Positions 8,309 through 17,917 of a stretch of 42,045 nt of DNA are shown here, piece by piece. Positions within the stretch are counted from its first letter, which is position 1, and the number at the start of each line of letters is the position of its first letter. Under the pieces are notes generated by a model. It saw only the letters and a program-made list of their open reading frames with translations. It had not been told where the DNA came from and ran no database searches. Origin of the DNA: Nitrosopumilaceae archaeon (GTDB taxonomy: Archaea; Thermoproteota; Nitrososphaeria; Nitrososphaerales; Nitrosopumilaceae). The stretch is from the NCBI GenBank assembly GCA_052389415.1, contig JBQTHX010000039.1, forward strand, positions 1 through 42,045. The letters run 5' to 3'. Made by a program: the position numbers and the translations under genes.

Positions 8309-8940
8309 CCTTGGCTAAATGTTTGCCTAAGACAGTTAAGAACAGCGCCAGATGTAGAAGTCATAGTGTTTGTAGATCCCTTACTTTTTGTCCAGACGTC
8401 TTTTAGTCCTGCAAGTTTCAAGAGATTTCTAATATTGCCACCAGCCACTAGTCCAAGACCCCTTGGACCTGGTATAATTTCAATCGTAACACTTCCTCCT
8501 CTACCACGAACCTTAAAGGGAACAGAGTGAGGTTGATCGCATCTGCATTCCCAACTTCCACAACCAAGTTTCACCGGGCTTATTGCAAGATATGCTGCAT
8601 TTGTTGCTTTTTCAATTGCTATTCTCATCTGTTTTGATTTTCCTTGTCCAATTCCAAGCCATCCACTTTCATCTCCAGCTGCTACCAGTGCCTTGAATCT
8701 AGTATATTCACCATTTGTTGTTTGTTTTTGAACAATTCCCACATCAATGACTTCTGTTTTAATTCCTGGCAAAAGTTTTTTTATTATTCCTGATTCTTGA
8801 ATTCGATAACCATTTTCATAAATTTCTTTCATTGATGTTATTTTTCCCGTGCTTACCATGACACCAAGGCTTGTTCTAGGAATCCAAACCTCTTCTTGTT
8901 CTTGTTTTTCTCTTCTTATTCTTTGTTCTGTTTGACTCAT
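8305..8940 (-). CDS. rps5: 30S ribosomal protein uS5
   Basis: WIPRTSLG, GCGSWEC, HSVPFKVRG, PGPRGLGLV. Confidence 0.97.
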   Translation of the reverse strand: MSQTEQRIRREKQEQEEVWIPRTSLGVMVSTGKITSMKEIYENGYRIQESGIIKKLLPGIKTEVIDVGIVQKQTTNGEYTRFKALVAAGDESGWLGIGQGKSKQMRIAIEKATNAAYLAISPVKLGCGSWECRCDQPHSVPFKVRGRGGSVTIEIIPGPRGLGLVAGGNIRNLLKLAGLKDVWTKSKGSTNTMTSTSGAVLNCLRQTFSQG

Positions 8941-9425
8941 TTGGCTTTGACCTCACCATCTATTGCAGATTTTATCTTTTCAACATCATTTGAAACTTTA
9001 AGATGTTTGCCAACAAGTCTTTCTTGATCGGGAAAAGTTTCACCGTCTGCTGGTACTTCAAGACCAGCGTCTATCACTCCTTTTAATGCAGCAGCCATTC
9101 TTTGAGTGTATTTTCTTGTGCCACTGTATAGGACAGCATCCTTTGTTCCCCCAACAAGAGCTTTTTTTCCTGCAAGATAGCCGGTTAAGTACGCAGCAGG
9201 AATGCTTTTTCTCGAACCTTTCCAACCTTTATTTAATAAAGATCTAGAGTGCGCAGAAGCAAGAATTTGATCTCCTTGCATTTTTGGTTTGTGAATTTGG
9301 ACTAGTGTATTCTGGTTTGAAATCTGAACTGTAACAAAGTCTCTCCTACCCATCAGGAGATTCTTTCTTTTTCTATAGTTTGTCTTCTCCTCTCTTAGTC
9401 TACGTAATATTTGTGAATATGTCAT
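8937..9425 (-). CDS. rpl18: 50S ribosomal protein uL18
   Basis: RRLREEKTNYRKR, PAAYLTGYLAG, ALKGVIDAGLEVP. Confidence 0.96.
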   Translation of the reverse strand: MTYSQILRRLREEKTNYRKRKNLLMGRRDFVTVQISNQNTLVQIHKPKMQGDQILASAHSRSLLNKGWKGSRKSIPAAYLTGYLAGKKALVGGTKDAVLYSGTRKYTQRMAAALKGVIDAGLEVPADGETFPDQERLVGKHLKVSNDVEKIKSAIDGEVKAK

Positions 9426-9471
9426 TAATTATCCTCTTTCACAAAAAATTTTGGTAAAGCTCTTATAAACG

Positions 9472-10386
9472 TTAGACTCGAAGCATTGAAATCATTAGAG
9501 ATTTTTGAACATGTAAACGATTTTCTGCTTCATCCCAAACAGCAGATTGATTACCGTCAATCACAGAATCCGTAACCTCTTGTCCTCGTTTTGCAGGAAG
9601 GCAATGAAGGAAAATTGCATCTTCTTTAGCTTTTTTCATCAAGAAGGAATTAACTTGAAATTTTGGCAGGAAATCCTTTATCCTATTAGTTCCCTTGTGA
9701 TGTATCGAAACGAATGTATCAGTTACAATAACATCGGCATTAGTTGCTGCAAGTACTGGATCATTTGATAATTCGATTGTTCCCATTTTTTTTGATTCTT
9801 TTATTACATTATTGTCAGGTTCGTATCCTTTTGGTGTTGCAATAGAAATCTCAATTCCCGTTTTTACACATCCATAGATCATTGAATTACAAACATTGTT
9901 TCCATCTCCTATCCAAGCAAGTTTCATACCAGATAGTTTTTTCTTTTTTTCTTTTATTGTCATAAGATCAGCTAATATTTGACAAGGATGAAATGAATTT
10001 GAAAGCCCATTGATCACAGGGATTGTAGAACTTTTTGCAAGTTTTTCTAATTCACCATGGGAATAAACCCTCGCCATTATGATATTTACATAACGAGAAA
10101 GTGTTCTTGCAGTATCCTCGATTGTCTCTCCACGGAAAAGTTGTAATTCTTCATGTGACAGGTTAAGAGCATGCCCTCCAAGTTGATACATTCCAGTTTC
10201 AAAACTTACTCGAGTACGCGTTGATGATTTTTGAAAAATCATTGCAAGTGTTTTATTTTTGAGTAGCGGTTTGCAGATACCAGATTTGAGATCTTTTTTC
10301 AATTTTATAGCATTATTTAGAATTTCTTCAACTTCTTTTTTATCAAGCTCATTTAATGTAAGCAGATCTTTTGTGTTTAGTTTCAT
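9472..10386 (-). CDS. argF: Ornithine carbamoyltransferase
   Basis: FQKSSTRT, HPCQ, GDGNN, HCLP, AENRLH. Start likely ATG10386 (ATGA overlap with the ftsY stop). Confidence 0.9.
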   Translation of the reverse strand: MKLNTKDLLTLNELDKKEVEEILNNAIKLKKDLKSGICKPLLKNKTLAMIFQKSSTRTRVSFETGMYQLGGHALNLSHEELQLFRGETIEDTARTLSRYVNIIMARVYSHGELEKLAKSSTIPVINGLSNSFHPCQILADLMTIKEKKKKLSGMKLAWIGDGNNVCNSMIYGCVKTGIEISIATPKGYEPDNNVIKESKKMGTIELSNDPVLAATNADVIVTDTFVSIHHKGTNRIKDFLPKFQVNSFLMKKAKEDAIFLHCLPAKRGQEVTDSVIDGNQSAVWDEAENRLHVQKSLMISMLRV

Positions 10387-11711
10387 TTCTTCCCCCAACC
10401 AAATAATGAATGCTTCTTTTTAGTTTTAGTCTCTTCTTTTTTCATATTTTGTTGTTCTTCTAATGACTCCGTTTTTGGTCTACCTTGTGAGATCCATTTT
10501 CTGATTTTTGTGGCCAATTCTTTAGCCTCTTCGTCGTTTTCAGGTGGTTTAATGTCAAACAATTTTGAATATTTCTCAATATCTTTAGTAGAAAGATTTT
10601 CAAATGGATCTTTTTGATCCAATGTTTGCAGATCTTGTTCTGACATAGGTTCAGCCTCTTGCTTTGTTTCCGTCTTGATTTCTGGCGAAGTCAAAATTAC
10701 TTTTGGTTCTTTTATATCTTGTTCGATCTTGTCTATCTTTGTAACAATGTCTCCTTCTGGGTTTGTTTTCATTTCTATCTTGACCGGTGGCAAGTCTATG
10801 GTTTCTTGTGATCCAAATATAGACTCAAGAAATGCTTCTTTGTCAAAGAGTTTCAAATCTTTGTATTCCTGTCCCACTCCCAAATATAGAATAGGGGTAG
10901 ATGTGATCTTTGCTATAGAAATCGCAGCACCACCACGCGCATCTGCATCACTTTTTGTCAAAATCGCACCTTCAAATTTGGTATACTGATGAAATTCTCG
11001 TGCTTGATTTACAGTGTCATTGCCAGCAAGAGAATCACCAACAAAAATTCTCAGATCAGGATTTACAACTTTATTAATTTTTGATATCTGATCCATTAGA
11101 TTTTTGCTTGTCTGCATTCTTCCTGCTGTATCAATCAGTATGCAATCAATTTTGTGTGATTTTGCATAAAGAGCAGCATCACGTGCAACAGCAGCAGGAT
11201 CTGAACCATAGTTTTGTGCTATGATTTTGAGATTCAACCTCTTTGCGTGTTCACTTAGCTGTTCAATCGCACCAGCTCTGTATGTATCAGCTGCTGCAAT
11301 AACAACAGAAAATTTATTTTGTTGTAAGAGATATGCGACTTTGGCAAGAGTGGTAGTTTTACCTGTACCATTAATGCCCAAAAATAATATGATATATGGA
11401 TTTTCTGTAACCTTTTTCTTTTGAATATTTGATAAAATATCAATTTTGGCTGTGGCATCAAACAAATTTGAAATATTTTCTCGCAAGCTTTGTTTTACTA
11501 TACTTTCGATCTGTTCCTTTTCAACAGTTGTTCCAATTAGTTTCATTTTTAGATCAGATTTTATAGAATCAATTACTTCGGTAGCAACATCAGACTCCAT
11601 CAATGCAATTTCAAGCTCAAAAAGGACTTCGTCAATGTCCTTATCCTTTAGTTCTTTTTGTCCGAAACTTTTGGTTGCGGCTGAAAATGCACTCCTTAAT
11701 TTGTCAAACAT
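10383..11711 (-). CDS. ftsY: Signal recognition particle receptor FtsY with C-terminal extension
   Basis: GINGTGKTT, DTYRAGA, DTAGR, TKSD, GVGQ; about 140 extra residues after the NG domain. Confidence 0.96.
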   Translation of the reverse strand: MFDKLRSAFSAATKSFGQKELKDKDIDEVLFELEIALMESDVATEVIDSIKSDLKMKLIGTTVEKEQIESIVKQSLRENISNLFDATAKIDILSNIQKKKVTENPYIILFLGINGTGKTTTLAKVAYLLQQNKFSVVIAAADTYRAGAIEQLSEHAKRLNLKIIAQNYGSDPAAVARDAALYAKSHKIDCILIDTAGRMQTSKNLMDQISKINKVVNPDLRIFVGDSLAGNDTVNQAREFHQYTKFEGAILTKSDADARGGAAISIAKITSTPILYLGVGQEYKDLKLFDKEAFLESIFGSQETIDLPPVKIEMKTNPEGDIVTKIDKIEQDIKEPKVILTSPEIKTETKQEAEPMSEQDLQTLDQKDPFENLSTKDIEKYSKLFDIKPPENDEEAKELATKIRKWISQGRPKTESLEEQQNMKKEETKTKKKHSLFGWGKK

Positions 11712-11725
11712 GATGTATGCCTTTA

Positions 11726-12145
11726 TTACTTTAGATTACGATGTTCTTGAATCAAGCGATTCATTTCTTGTTGACCGTGTTCTAGTCGTGCTGCTACTTC
11801 TTGTCGTTGAGCTGAAATCTGTTGTAGTGCTACTTCTAGTTCCTTAATTCTTTGTTCAATGTAATTAACTGCAGCAGCTTTATCCTGTTCTATTGCAGCT
11901 CCTGCTCCAATATTCACAATCATTTTTTCTTTAGGTTGAATTGTGGCCTTAACATATGTTCCCATTCCAAATGGCACAAGAGTCTCGTATGGTGTATCTT
12001 CTTTTAATGCCACCATTGATTCAATTGCGCCTGATGCTTCCTGTATAAGTTTGACTACGGCTTCTTCTTTTTGAATCAAATCAACCATGTAAGCTTCAAG
12101 TGCTTGCATTTGTTGCAACATTGATTGAGCTTGCTCTTCACTCAT
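11726..12145 (-). CDS. pfdA: Prefoldin alpha subunit
   Basis: Coiled coil-'ETLVPFGMGTYVKA...IVNIGAG'-coiled coil; conserved position upstream of ftsY. Confidence 0.93.
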   Translation of the reverse strand: MSEEQAQSMLQQMQALEAYMVDLIQKEEAVVKLIQEASGAIESMVALKEDTPYETLVPFGMGTYVKATIQPKEKMIVNIGAGAAIEQDKAAAVNYIEQRIKELEVALQQISAQRQEVAARLEHGQQEMNRLIQEHRNLK

Positions 12146-12291
12146 TTGCAAAAAATTCTTTTTCCCGCCTATAAATGCATTCTGAGGAGTGACATTGATA
12201 ATTGAATGAGATTTTCTATTTTATTCAGTCGTAAATCTAAATTGATCCTTACTTCTTCAGCTGGTGTTTCCTTAATATTTCTATTCCCCAA

Positions 12292-12317
12292 CAAAATAAA
12301 ACAAAAAAAGAGAAGAG
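12292..12317 (-). terminator. Oligo-T terminator downstream of sod
   Basis: Minus strand CTCTTCTCTTTTTTTGTTTTATTTTG immediately after the TAA. Confidence 0.6.
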
Positions 12318-12941
12318 TTATGCTTTTGCTTTTGAAAGTCGGTTGTCTACTTCATCCCAGTTTACTACATTCCACCATGCAGTGATATAGTCTGGACGTC
12401 GGTTTTGGTATTTCAGATAGTATGCGTGTTCCCATACATCTAGTCCTAATAGAGGAACCAATCCCTTTGTTCTTGGACTAGTTTGGTTTGGCATAGTTGT
12501 AAATTCCACTTTCTTGCTTTGTTGGTTGTAAGCTAACCAGCCCCAACCACTACCTTGTATTGCACCAGTGTCTTTTGTGAACTTTTCTTTGAAAGTAGCA
12601 AAGCTACCAAAAGATGAATTGATGGCATCGGCCACGCTTCCTCCTGGTTCTCCACCTCCATTTGGTTTCATATTGTTCCAAAACAGAGCATGGTTATCAT
12701 ATCCTCCACCATGAAAATTTACTGCGCCGCTTACATTTTCAGGCACTTTGTCTATGCTGGATAGCAGTTTGGTCAGTTCCATATTTTGCAATTCAGTACT
12801 GAGACTTTCCAACGCTGTGTTCAAGCCATTCGTGTATGCTTGATGATGCTTAGTATGATGTATTTCCATTGTCTGAGCATCAATATGTGGTTCTAACGCA
12901 TTGAATGCATAAGGCAATTTTGGAAGTTCATATTTTACCAT
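12318..12941 (-). CDS. sod: Fe/Mn superoxide dismutase (Mn-type signatures)
   Basis: LPKLPY, HHTKHH, GSGWGWL, DVWEHAYY. The GGG and 'PNQTSP' Gln residues are typical of Mn-preferring enzymes. Confidence 0.97.
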   Translation of the reverse strand: MVKYELPKLPYAFNALEPHIDAQTMEIHHTKHHQAYTNGLNTALESLSTELQNMELTKLLSSIDKVPENVSGAVNFHGGGYDNHALFWNNMKPNGGGEPGGSVADAINSSFGSFATFKEKFTKDTGAIQGSGWGWLAYNQQSKKVEFTTMPNQTSPRTKGLVPLLGLDVWEHAYYLKYQNRRPDYITAWWNVVNWDEVDNRLSKAKA

Positions 12942-13020
12942 ACAAATCTCACGAACATATACAATTTATGGCTTTGGTTACATAATGAATTTTATCTGAT
13001 GATATTTTGATAAGAAGATA

Positions 13021-15057
13021 ATGTATACCAAAATCATATTTTGCTTGCTTGTTGTTTTGTGTGTTATCCTGCTTTTATCTAATTTAAAAAATAAAGAATT
13101 TGGAGAAATCTATCTTGAAAAAAGTGTTTCATTAATAGGAGCTGATCTTCCTAGAACTGAAGGATTTGAAGGTAATGGAATAAAAATTGCGGTAATAGAC
13201 ACCGGAATAGATTACAGTCATCACGATCTATTCGGTTTTGGTCCCTCTGGAAAAGTGCTTGGAGGATATGATTTTGTGGATAATGATGAACAGCCAATGG
13301 ATACAAACGGTCATGGTACCGAAGTGGCTGGCATTATTGCCGCAGATGGAAATCTAAAAGGAGTGGCCCCAAAAGCAAAGTTACTTGCGTATAGGGTTTC
13401 AGAAACTGGAGAATCTGTCTCATCAGATTTCATAGTCAGAGCAATTCATCTTGCAATGAGAGAAAAGGTAGACATCATAAACTTAAGCCTAGGAGTAAAC
13501 CGGACGAATGAAGAACTCGATAAAGCTGTAAGTGAAGCTGTTAAGAGTGGAATTGTCGTAGTAACAGCAGCGGGAAATAGTGGTCCTAGAAATCAGACAA
13601 TTGGGAGCCCCGCAAAAAGTTATCATGCAATAACAGTAGGTGCTTCGTATAACAACATAACATCAAGTATTGTTTCAACGTTAGAAATAGAAAAAAAACA
13701 ATACGAAGTAATTCCAATGCGTGGAACTCTTCCATTACCAGAACCAGTTATTGAAAAGGTGGTCTTTGGTGGCCATGGAAGATATCGTGATCTGATAGAT
13801 GTAAATGTAAAAAATTCTATTTTGCTTGTGGAAAGAGGTAGCGACATCAAAGATGAAAAAGTGTTTTTTTCTGAAAAAGAATATAACGCTGCACAAAGCG
13901 GTGCCAAAGCAATAATAGTTTACAATAATGAACCAGGAATATTTTTTGGTGAACTTGTTCATCCGGACCCAAGCATAAATTACAAACCAAGAATACCTGC
14001 TTTGTCAATGTCAAGAGACGACGGTCTTGCCCTGAAGGCAATCTTACGAAATGATACGGTAGCGGACCTCAATGTATTCTATCATCCAGATTTTGTTACA
14101 CCATTTAGCTCACGTGGGCCAGTATCACCCTTTTACATTAAACCTGATATGGTAGCACCTGGGGTGTTCGTTAATTCCACTTCCATCGAAAACAAATACA
14201 ATCTTACTAGTGGAACAAGTTTTGCTGCACCTCATGTATCTGGTGCAACAGCAATACTTTTACAAAAAAACCCAGCACTTAATCCATCTGAGATTGCTTC
14301 ATTGATTGCTACCACATCAGATCCAGTTTCAAATCCCTATGGCGAACTCTTTCCAGTAGAGATAACTGGGAATGGAAGGATAAATCTTGAAAATGCATTC
14401 TCTGCAGATCTGATCATAATACCACACAGCCTTGTTTTCAACCTCTCATTAGAAAATCTGACTGACATGAAATCATTACAATTGAAAAGCATATCTGGAA
14501 AACCAATCCATCCCAAGGTTGAAATTTTGTCAAAAGAAAAAGACATAAAATTTGAACATTTTATTGAGAATGGTATTCTTTATGTCAAGGCATTCATGGT
14601 AGAACAACGAGTTGGACATTTTGAAGGAATTCTAACGATAAATGATGGCACAGCATCGTATCGCATTCCTATCCTTGTGCATATAACAAGAGGTAGTATC
14701 AACGCTGTTGAAAAAGACGGATTGTTAAATTTCTTTTTATCATATCCACAAAATTGGGAATACGCAAAAATTTCTTTACTAAACAAAGACACCGAAGAAA
14801 CTCTGTTAACGTCGATTACACCAATGAAGAGCTCTACACTCAATGTTCACAACGCCGGAGAATATTGGATTATAGCTCAGATTACTTCAAACAATACCAT
14901 AGATAACGCCTATGAAACCATTATAGTTGACAGGCCATCAGAAAGAACAGGATTCCAGTTACTTGAGAAGTTAAACATTCCATTAAAATCGATTCTCATA
15001 ACTTCTGGAATACTTTTAACCACTGTAATAATTGGCCTAATAATTAGGCGTTCATAA
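13021..15057 (+). CDS. Membrane-anchored subtilisin-like (S8, Vpr-like) serine protease with PA domain
   Basis: Catalytic triad VIDTGID / NGHGTEVAG / SGTSFAAPHV, oxyanion AAGNSG, PA insert (LLVERG...AIIVYNN), hydrophobic N- and C-terminal segments. Confidence 0.92.
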   Translation: MYTKIIFCLLVVLCVILLLSNLKNKEFGEIYLEKSVSLIGADLPRTEGFEGNGIKIAVIDTGIDYSHHDLFGFGPSGKVLGGYDFVDNDEQPMDTNGHGTEVAGIIAADGNLKGVAPKAKLLAYRVSETGESVSSDFIVRAIHLAMREKVDIINLSLGVNRTNEELDKAVSEAVKSGIVVVTAAGNSGPRNQTIGSPAKSYHAITVGASYNNITSSIVSTLEIEKKQYEVIPMRGTLPLPEPVIEKVVFGGHGRYRDLIDVNVKNSILLVERGSDIKDEKVFFSEKEYNAAQSGAKAIIVYNNEPGIFFGELVHPDPSINYKPRIPALSMSRDDGLALKAILRNDTVADLNVFYHPDFVTPFSSRGPVSPFYIKPDMVAPGVFVNSTSIENKYNLTSGTSFAAPHVSGATAILLQKNPALNPSEIASLIATTSDPVSNPYGELFPVEITGNGRINLENAFSADLIIIPHSLVFNLSLENLTDMKSLQLKSISGKPIHPKVEILSKEKDIKFEHFIENGILYVKAFMVEQRVGHFEGILTINDGTASYRIPILVHITRGSINAVEKDGLLNFFLSYPQNWEYAKISLLNKDTEETLLTSITPMKSSTLNVHNAGEYWIIAQITSNNTIDNAYETIIVDRPSERTGFQLLEKLNIPLKSILITSGILLTTVIIGLIIRRS

Positions 15058-15062
15058 GAGAC

Positions 15063-16685
15063 TTATTCAGAGATGGATGGACCTGCCTCACGAACTTCAA
15101 ATGGTGTTTCTCCAAATTTTTTGAAGTTCTCCATAAACATGCGGGCAAGCTTTCTAGCTGACAAATCATATGCGTCTTTTTCTACCCAAGTGTTTCGTGG
15201 GTCTAGTATTTCAGATGGTACTTCAGGGCATGATGTGGGCACATCTAAATTGAATATTCCATCATGTCGAAATTTTACAATATCAAGTTTTCCTGTGAGT
15301 GCAGCGGTAACCATATTTCTTGTATATTTTATGTTTATTCGTTTGCCAATTCCATACGGGCCACCAGACCATCCAGTATTAATGAGATAGACAACAGTAT
15401 TGTGTTTTGTAATTTTTTCTCCAAGCATCCGTGCATAAACAGATGCATGGCGTGACATGAATGGAGCTCCAAAACACTCTGAAAAAGTCGCCTTTGGTTC
15501 TGTAATTCCTCTTTCTGTACCAGCAAGCTTGCTTGTATATCCTGACATAAAATGATACATCGCGCCGTCTTTTGTTAATCGTGCTATTGGTGGCATCACA
15601 CCAAATGCATCAGCGGTAAGAAAGACAATTACCTTTGGGTTTCCACCTAAACTTGGTATGACTGCTCCTGGAATGTAATCCAGTGGATATGCTACTCTGG
15701 TATTTTCGGTTATACTCCCATCATTAAAATCTGGTTTCATTGTGTTGTTATCAATTACAACATTTTCTAAAACAGCACCAGATCTTATTGCATCCCATAT
15801 TTGTGGTTCTGCATCTCGATTGAGGTTTATGCACTTTGCATAGCAACCACCCTCAAAATTGAACACTCCTCTTTCTGACCATCCGTGTTCATCATCTCCA
15901 ATAAGCATTCTATTTGGATCTGCTGATAGAGTGGTTTTGCCTGTACCTGAAAGGCCAAAAAACAAAGCGGTGTCACCATCTCTTCCGATATTAGCTGAGC
16001 AATGCATCGGAAACACTCCTCTATCTGGGAGGATGTAATTCATTACAGAGAACATTGCTTTTTTAATTTCTCCCGCGTAAGAGGTAGCTCCGATTAATAC
16101 AATTTTTCTAGAAAAGTTTATCAGAATAAATGCGTCAGAGCGGGTTCCATCAATATCTGGAATAGCTTTAAAGTCGTTTGCTGCAATTAAAGTGAATTCT
16201 GGTTTGTGAGACTCAAGTTCTGTCTTTGATGGACGAATGAACATTTGTCTTGTAAAGAGGTTTTGCCAGACGTGATCATTGATGATACGAATTGGCAATC
16301 TGTTGTTTGGATCTGCACCTATAAATCCATCAAAAACAAATATCTCTTTTTCTTCTAGATGTTTTTTCATTTTTTCATAGAGTTTGTCAAATTTTTCATC
16401 AGTAAAAGGATGATTGACCTTACCCCAATCCACCTTGTTATGAGTTTCATTATCATCTATTATGTAACGATCATCTGGCGATCTACCAGTGTATTTTCCT
16501 GTTTGTACAGAGAGAGCACCCGTATCTGTGATCACACCTTCATTTTTCAATACTGCCAGTTCTATCATATTTTTTGCAGGCAAGTTTCTGTGTATCTTTT
16601 CAGTTCTAATTCCCATTTCTTGTATTTGAGAGAGGAATTGGTGCGTGATTGTTGATTTTAGGTCCTCAATCATGAGATAAAACAC
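15063..16685 (-). CDS. pckA: Phosphoenolpyruvate carboxykinase (ATP)
   Basis: TGRSP, YAGEIKK, MHCSAN, GLSGTGKTTLS, IGDDEHGW, ENTR. The exact start is uncertain (possibly 16673). Confidence 0.97.
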   Translation of the reverse strand: MFYLMIEDLKSTITHQFLSQIQEMGIRTEKIHRNLPAKNMIELAVLKNEGVITDTGALSVQTGKYTGRSPDDRYIIDDNETHNKVDWGKVNHPFTDEKFDKLYEKMKKHLEEKEIFVFDGFIGADPNNRLPIRIINDHVWQNLFTRQMFIRPSKTELESHKPEFTLIAANDFKAIPDIDGTRSDAFILINFSRKIVLIGATSYAGEIKKAMFSVMNYILPDRGVFPMHCSANIGRDGDTALFFGLSGTGKTTLSADPNRMLIGDDEHGWSERGVFNFEGGCYAKCINLNRDAEPQIWDAIRSGAVLENVVIDNNTMKPDFNDGSITENTRVAYPLDYIPGAVIPSLGGNPKVIVFLTADAFGVMPPIARLTKDGAMYHFMSGYTSKLAGTERGITEPKATFSECFGAPFMSRHASVYARMLGEKITKHNTVVYLINTGWSGGPYGIGKRINIKYTRNMVTAALTGKLDIVKFRHDGIFNLDVPTSCPEVPSEILDPRNTWVEKDAYDLSARKLARMFMENFKKFGETPFEVREAGPSISE

Positions 16686-16780
16686 CGCCTCCCATTTCCT
16701 TATTATCTCTTACTGTATTGAAACCATCAACTTTGTTCCCAGAAACGTATTTATTTTAAATTTCGAACAGAGTCTTTTAC

Positions 16781-17182
16781 ATGCCGATCAATAAAGAGAT
16801 CTTGGAGTTGAGAAAAAAGGTGACAATTCATAGACCAGATTTCATCAGACAAGAAAGTTGGAGATACGATAGGTTAGCAGAAACGTGGAGGAAACCAAAG
16901 GGTATTGACAATCATCAACGAAAACAAAAGAAAGGTTGGCCAAAAATTGTTAGAGCAGGATTTGGCGGGCCAAAGATTGCACGCGGATTACATCCATCAG
17001 GATACACTGATAATTTAGTTTACAACATAAAGGACCTAGAAAAACTAGATCCAAAAACCGATGGAGTAAGATTTGGACATGGCGTTGGAAAAAAGAAAAG
17101 ACTCGTGATAATCGCCAAAGCCAAGGAAAAAAACTTCAAGGTATTTAACGCAAGGGTGTCAACAAGTGGTAGTAAATCTTAA
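16781..17182 (+). CDS. rpl32e: 50S ribosomal protein eL32
   Basis: FIRQESWRY, WRKPKGIDN, RGLHPSG. Confidence 0.97.
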   Translation: MPINKEILELRKKVTIHRPDFIRQESWRYDRLAETWRKPKGIDNHQRKQKKGWPKIVRAGFGGPKIARGLHPSGYTDNLVYNIKDLEKLDPKTDGVRFGHGVGKKKRLVIIAKAKEKNFKVFNARVSTSGSKS

Positions 17183-17621
17183 AACAAAGAGACATTTAGT
17201 CTCGAGAATTTTAGGAGTAGGTGCAAACAGAGTTAGATTTGACTCTGATCATCTTGATGATGTTTCAGATGCTATCACACGCGACAACATACGAAGTTTG
17301 GTTACTGCAAAAATAATTGAGATAAAATCAATAAAAGGAACTTCACGAGGTAGAGCACATTTTAAAAAATATCAGAAACGAAGACGTGGAACAAAGCAAG
17401 GTTCGAAAAAAGGCAAGAGAGGAGCTCGAATAGGTAAGAAGGAGGTATATGTAAAAAGAATACGCGCAATGAGACATCAGATCAAAGTGAAAAAATCACG
17501 AAAAGAGATCACAAATAAAGATTATTGGGACCTGTATAAACAGATCAGTGGCAATCAAGTTAGAAATTTGGCCCATCTGAGAAATTTAATAGAAGAGATT
17601 AGTTCAAAAAAACATACTTAG
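17166..17621 (+). CDS. rpl19e: 50S ribosomal protein eL19
   Basis: ILGVGANRV, AITRDNIR, GTSRGR, GSKKG, IRAMR; GTG start overlapping rpl32e. Confidence 0.96.
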   Translation: MVVNLKTKRHLVSRILGVGANRVRFDSDHLDDVSDAITRDNIRSLVTAKIIEIKSIKGTSRGRAHFKKYQKRRRGTKQGSKKGKRGARIGKKEVYVKRIRAMRHQIKVKKSRKEITNKDYWDLYKQISGNQVRNLAHLRNLIEEISSKKHT

Positions 17622-17917
17622 AATCTATAAATAGATTTTTCCAAGTCTAAGATTTTGCCCTTCTTGATTTTTATTCCTTCATTTGATAACATCCTAGTTT
17701 TTACTTTTTGGCCCCAAGCGTATCCTCCTATTTTACCGTCTGATTTAATGACCCTATGACATGGGATAATAATTGGATATGGATTCTTGTTCATTATTCT
17801 ACCAATCAATCTTTGACCATTATCAAGACCAACGGCCTTTGCAATTTCTTTATAGGTAGTTATCTTCCCTTTGGGAACTTCTAGAAGTTTTTTGTAAACC
17901 TTCTCGTCAAGTTTCAA
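17618..17917 (-). CDS. ogt: Short O6-methylguanine-DNA methyltransferase (C-terminal domain only)
   Basis: VPKGKITTYKEIA HTH, NPYPIIIPCHRV active site, GGYAWG. Confidence 0.9.
   Translation of the reverse strand: MKLDEKVYKKLLEVPKGKITTYKEIAKAVGLDNGQRLIGRIMNKNPYPIIIPCHRVIKSDGKIGGYAWGQKVKTRMLSNEGIKIKKGKILDLEKSIYRF

Noticed and set aside
12169-12291. 40-codon minus-strand ORF (TTG; MGNRNIKETPAEEVRINLDLRLNKIENLIQLSMSLLRMHL) between sod and pfdA, with a faint resemblance to an eL31 segment
   Set aside because: Lies just after the sod terminator, has no clear promoter or SD, and overlaps the pfdA TATA box (about 12170-12175). The similarity is too short to support; it would need tBLASTn conservation or Ribo-seq.
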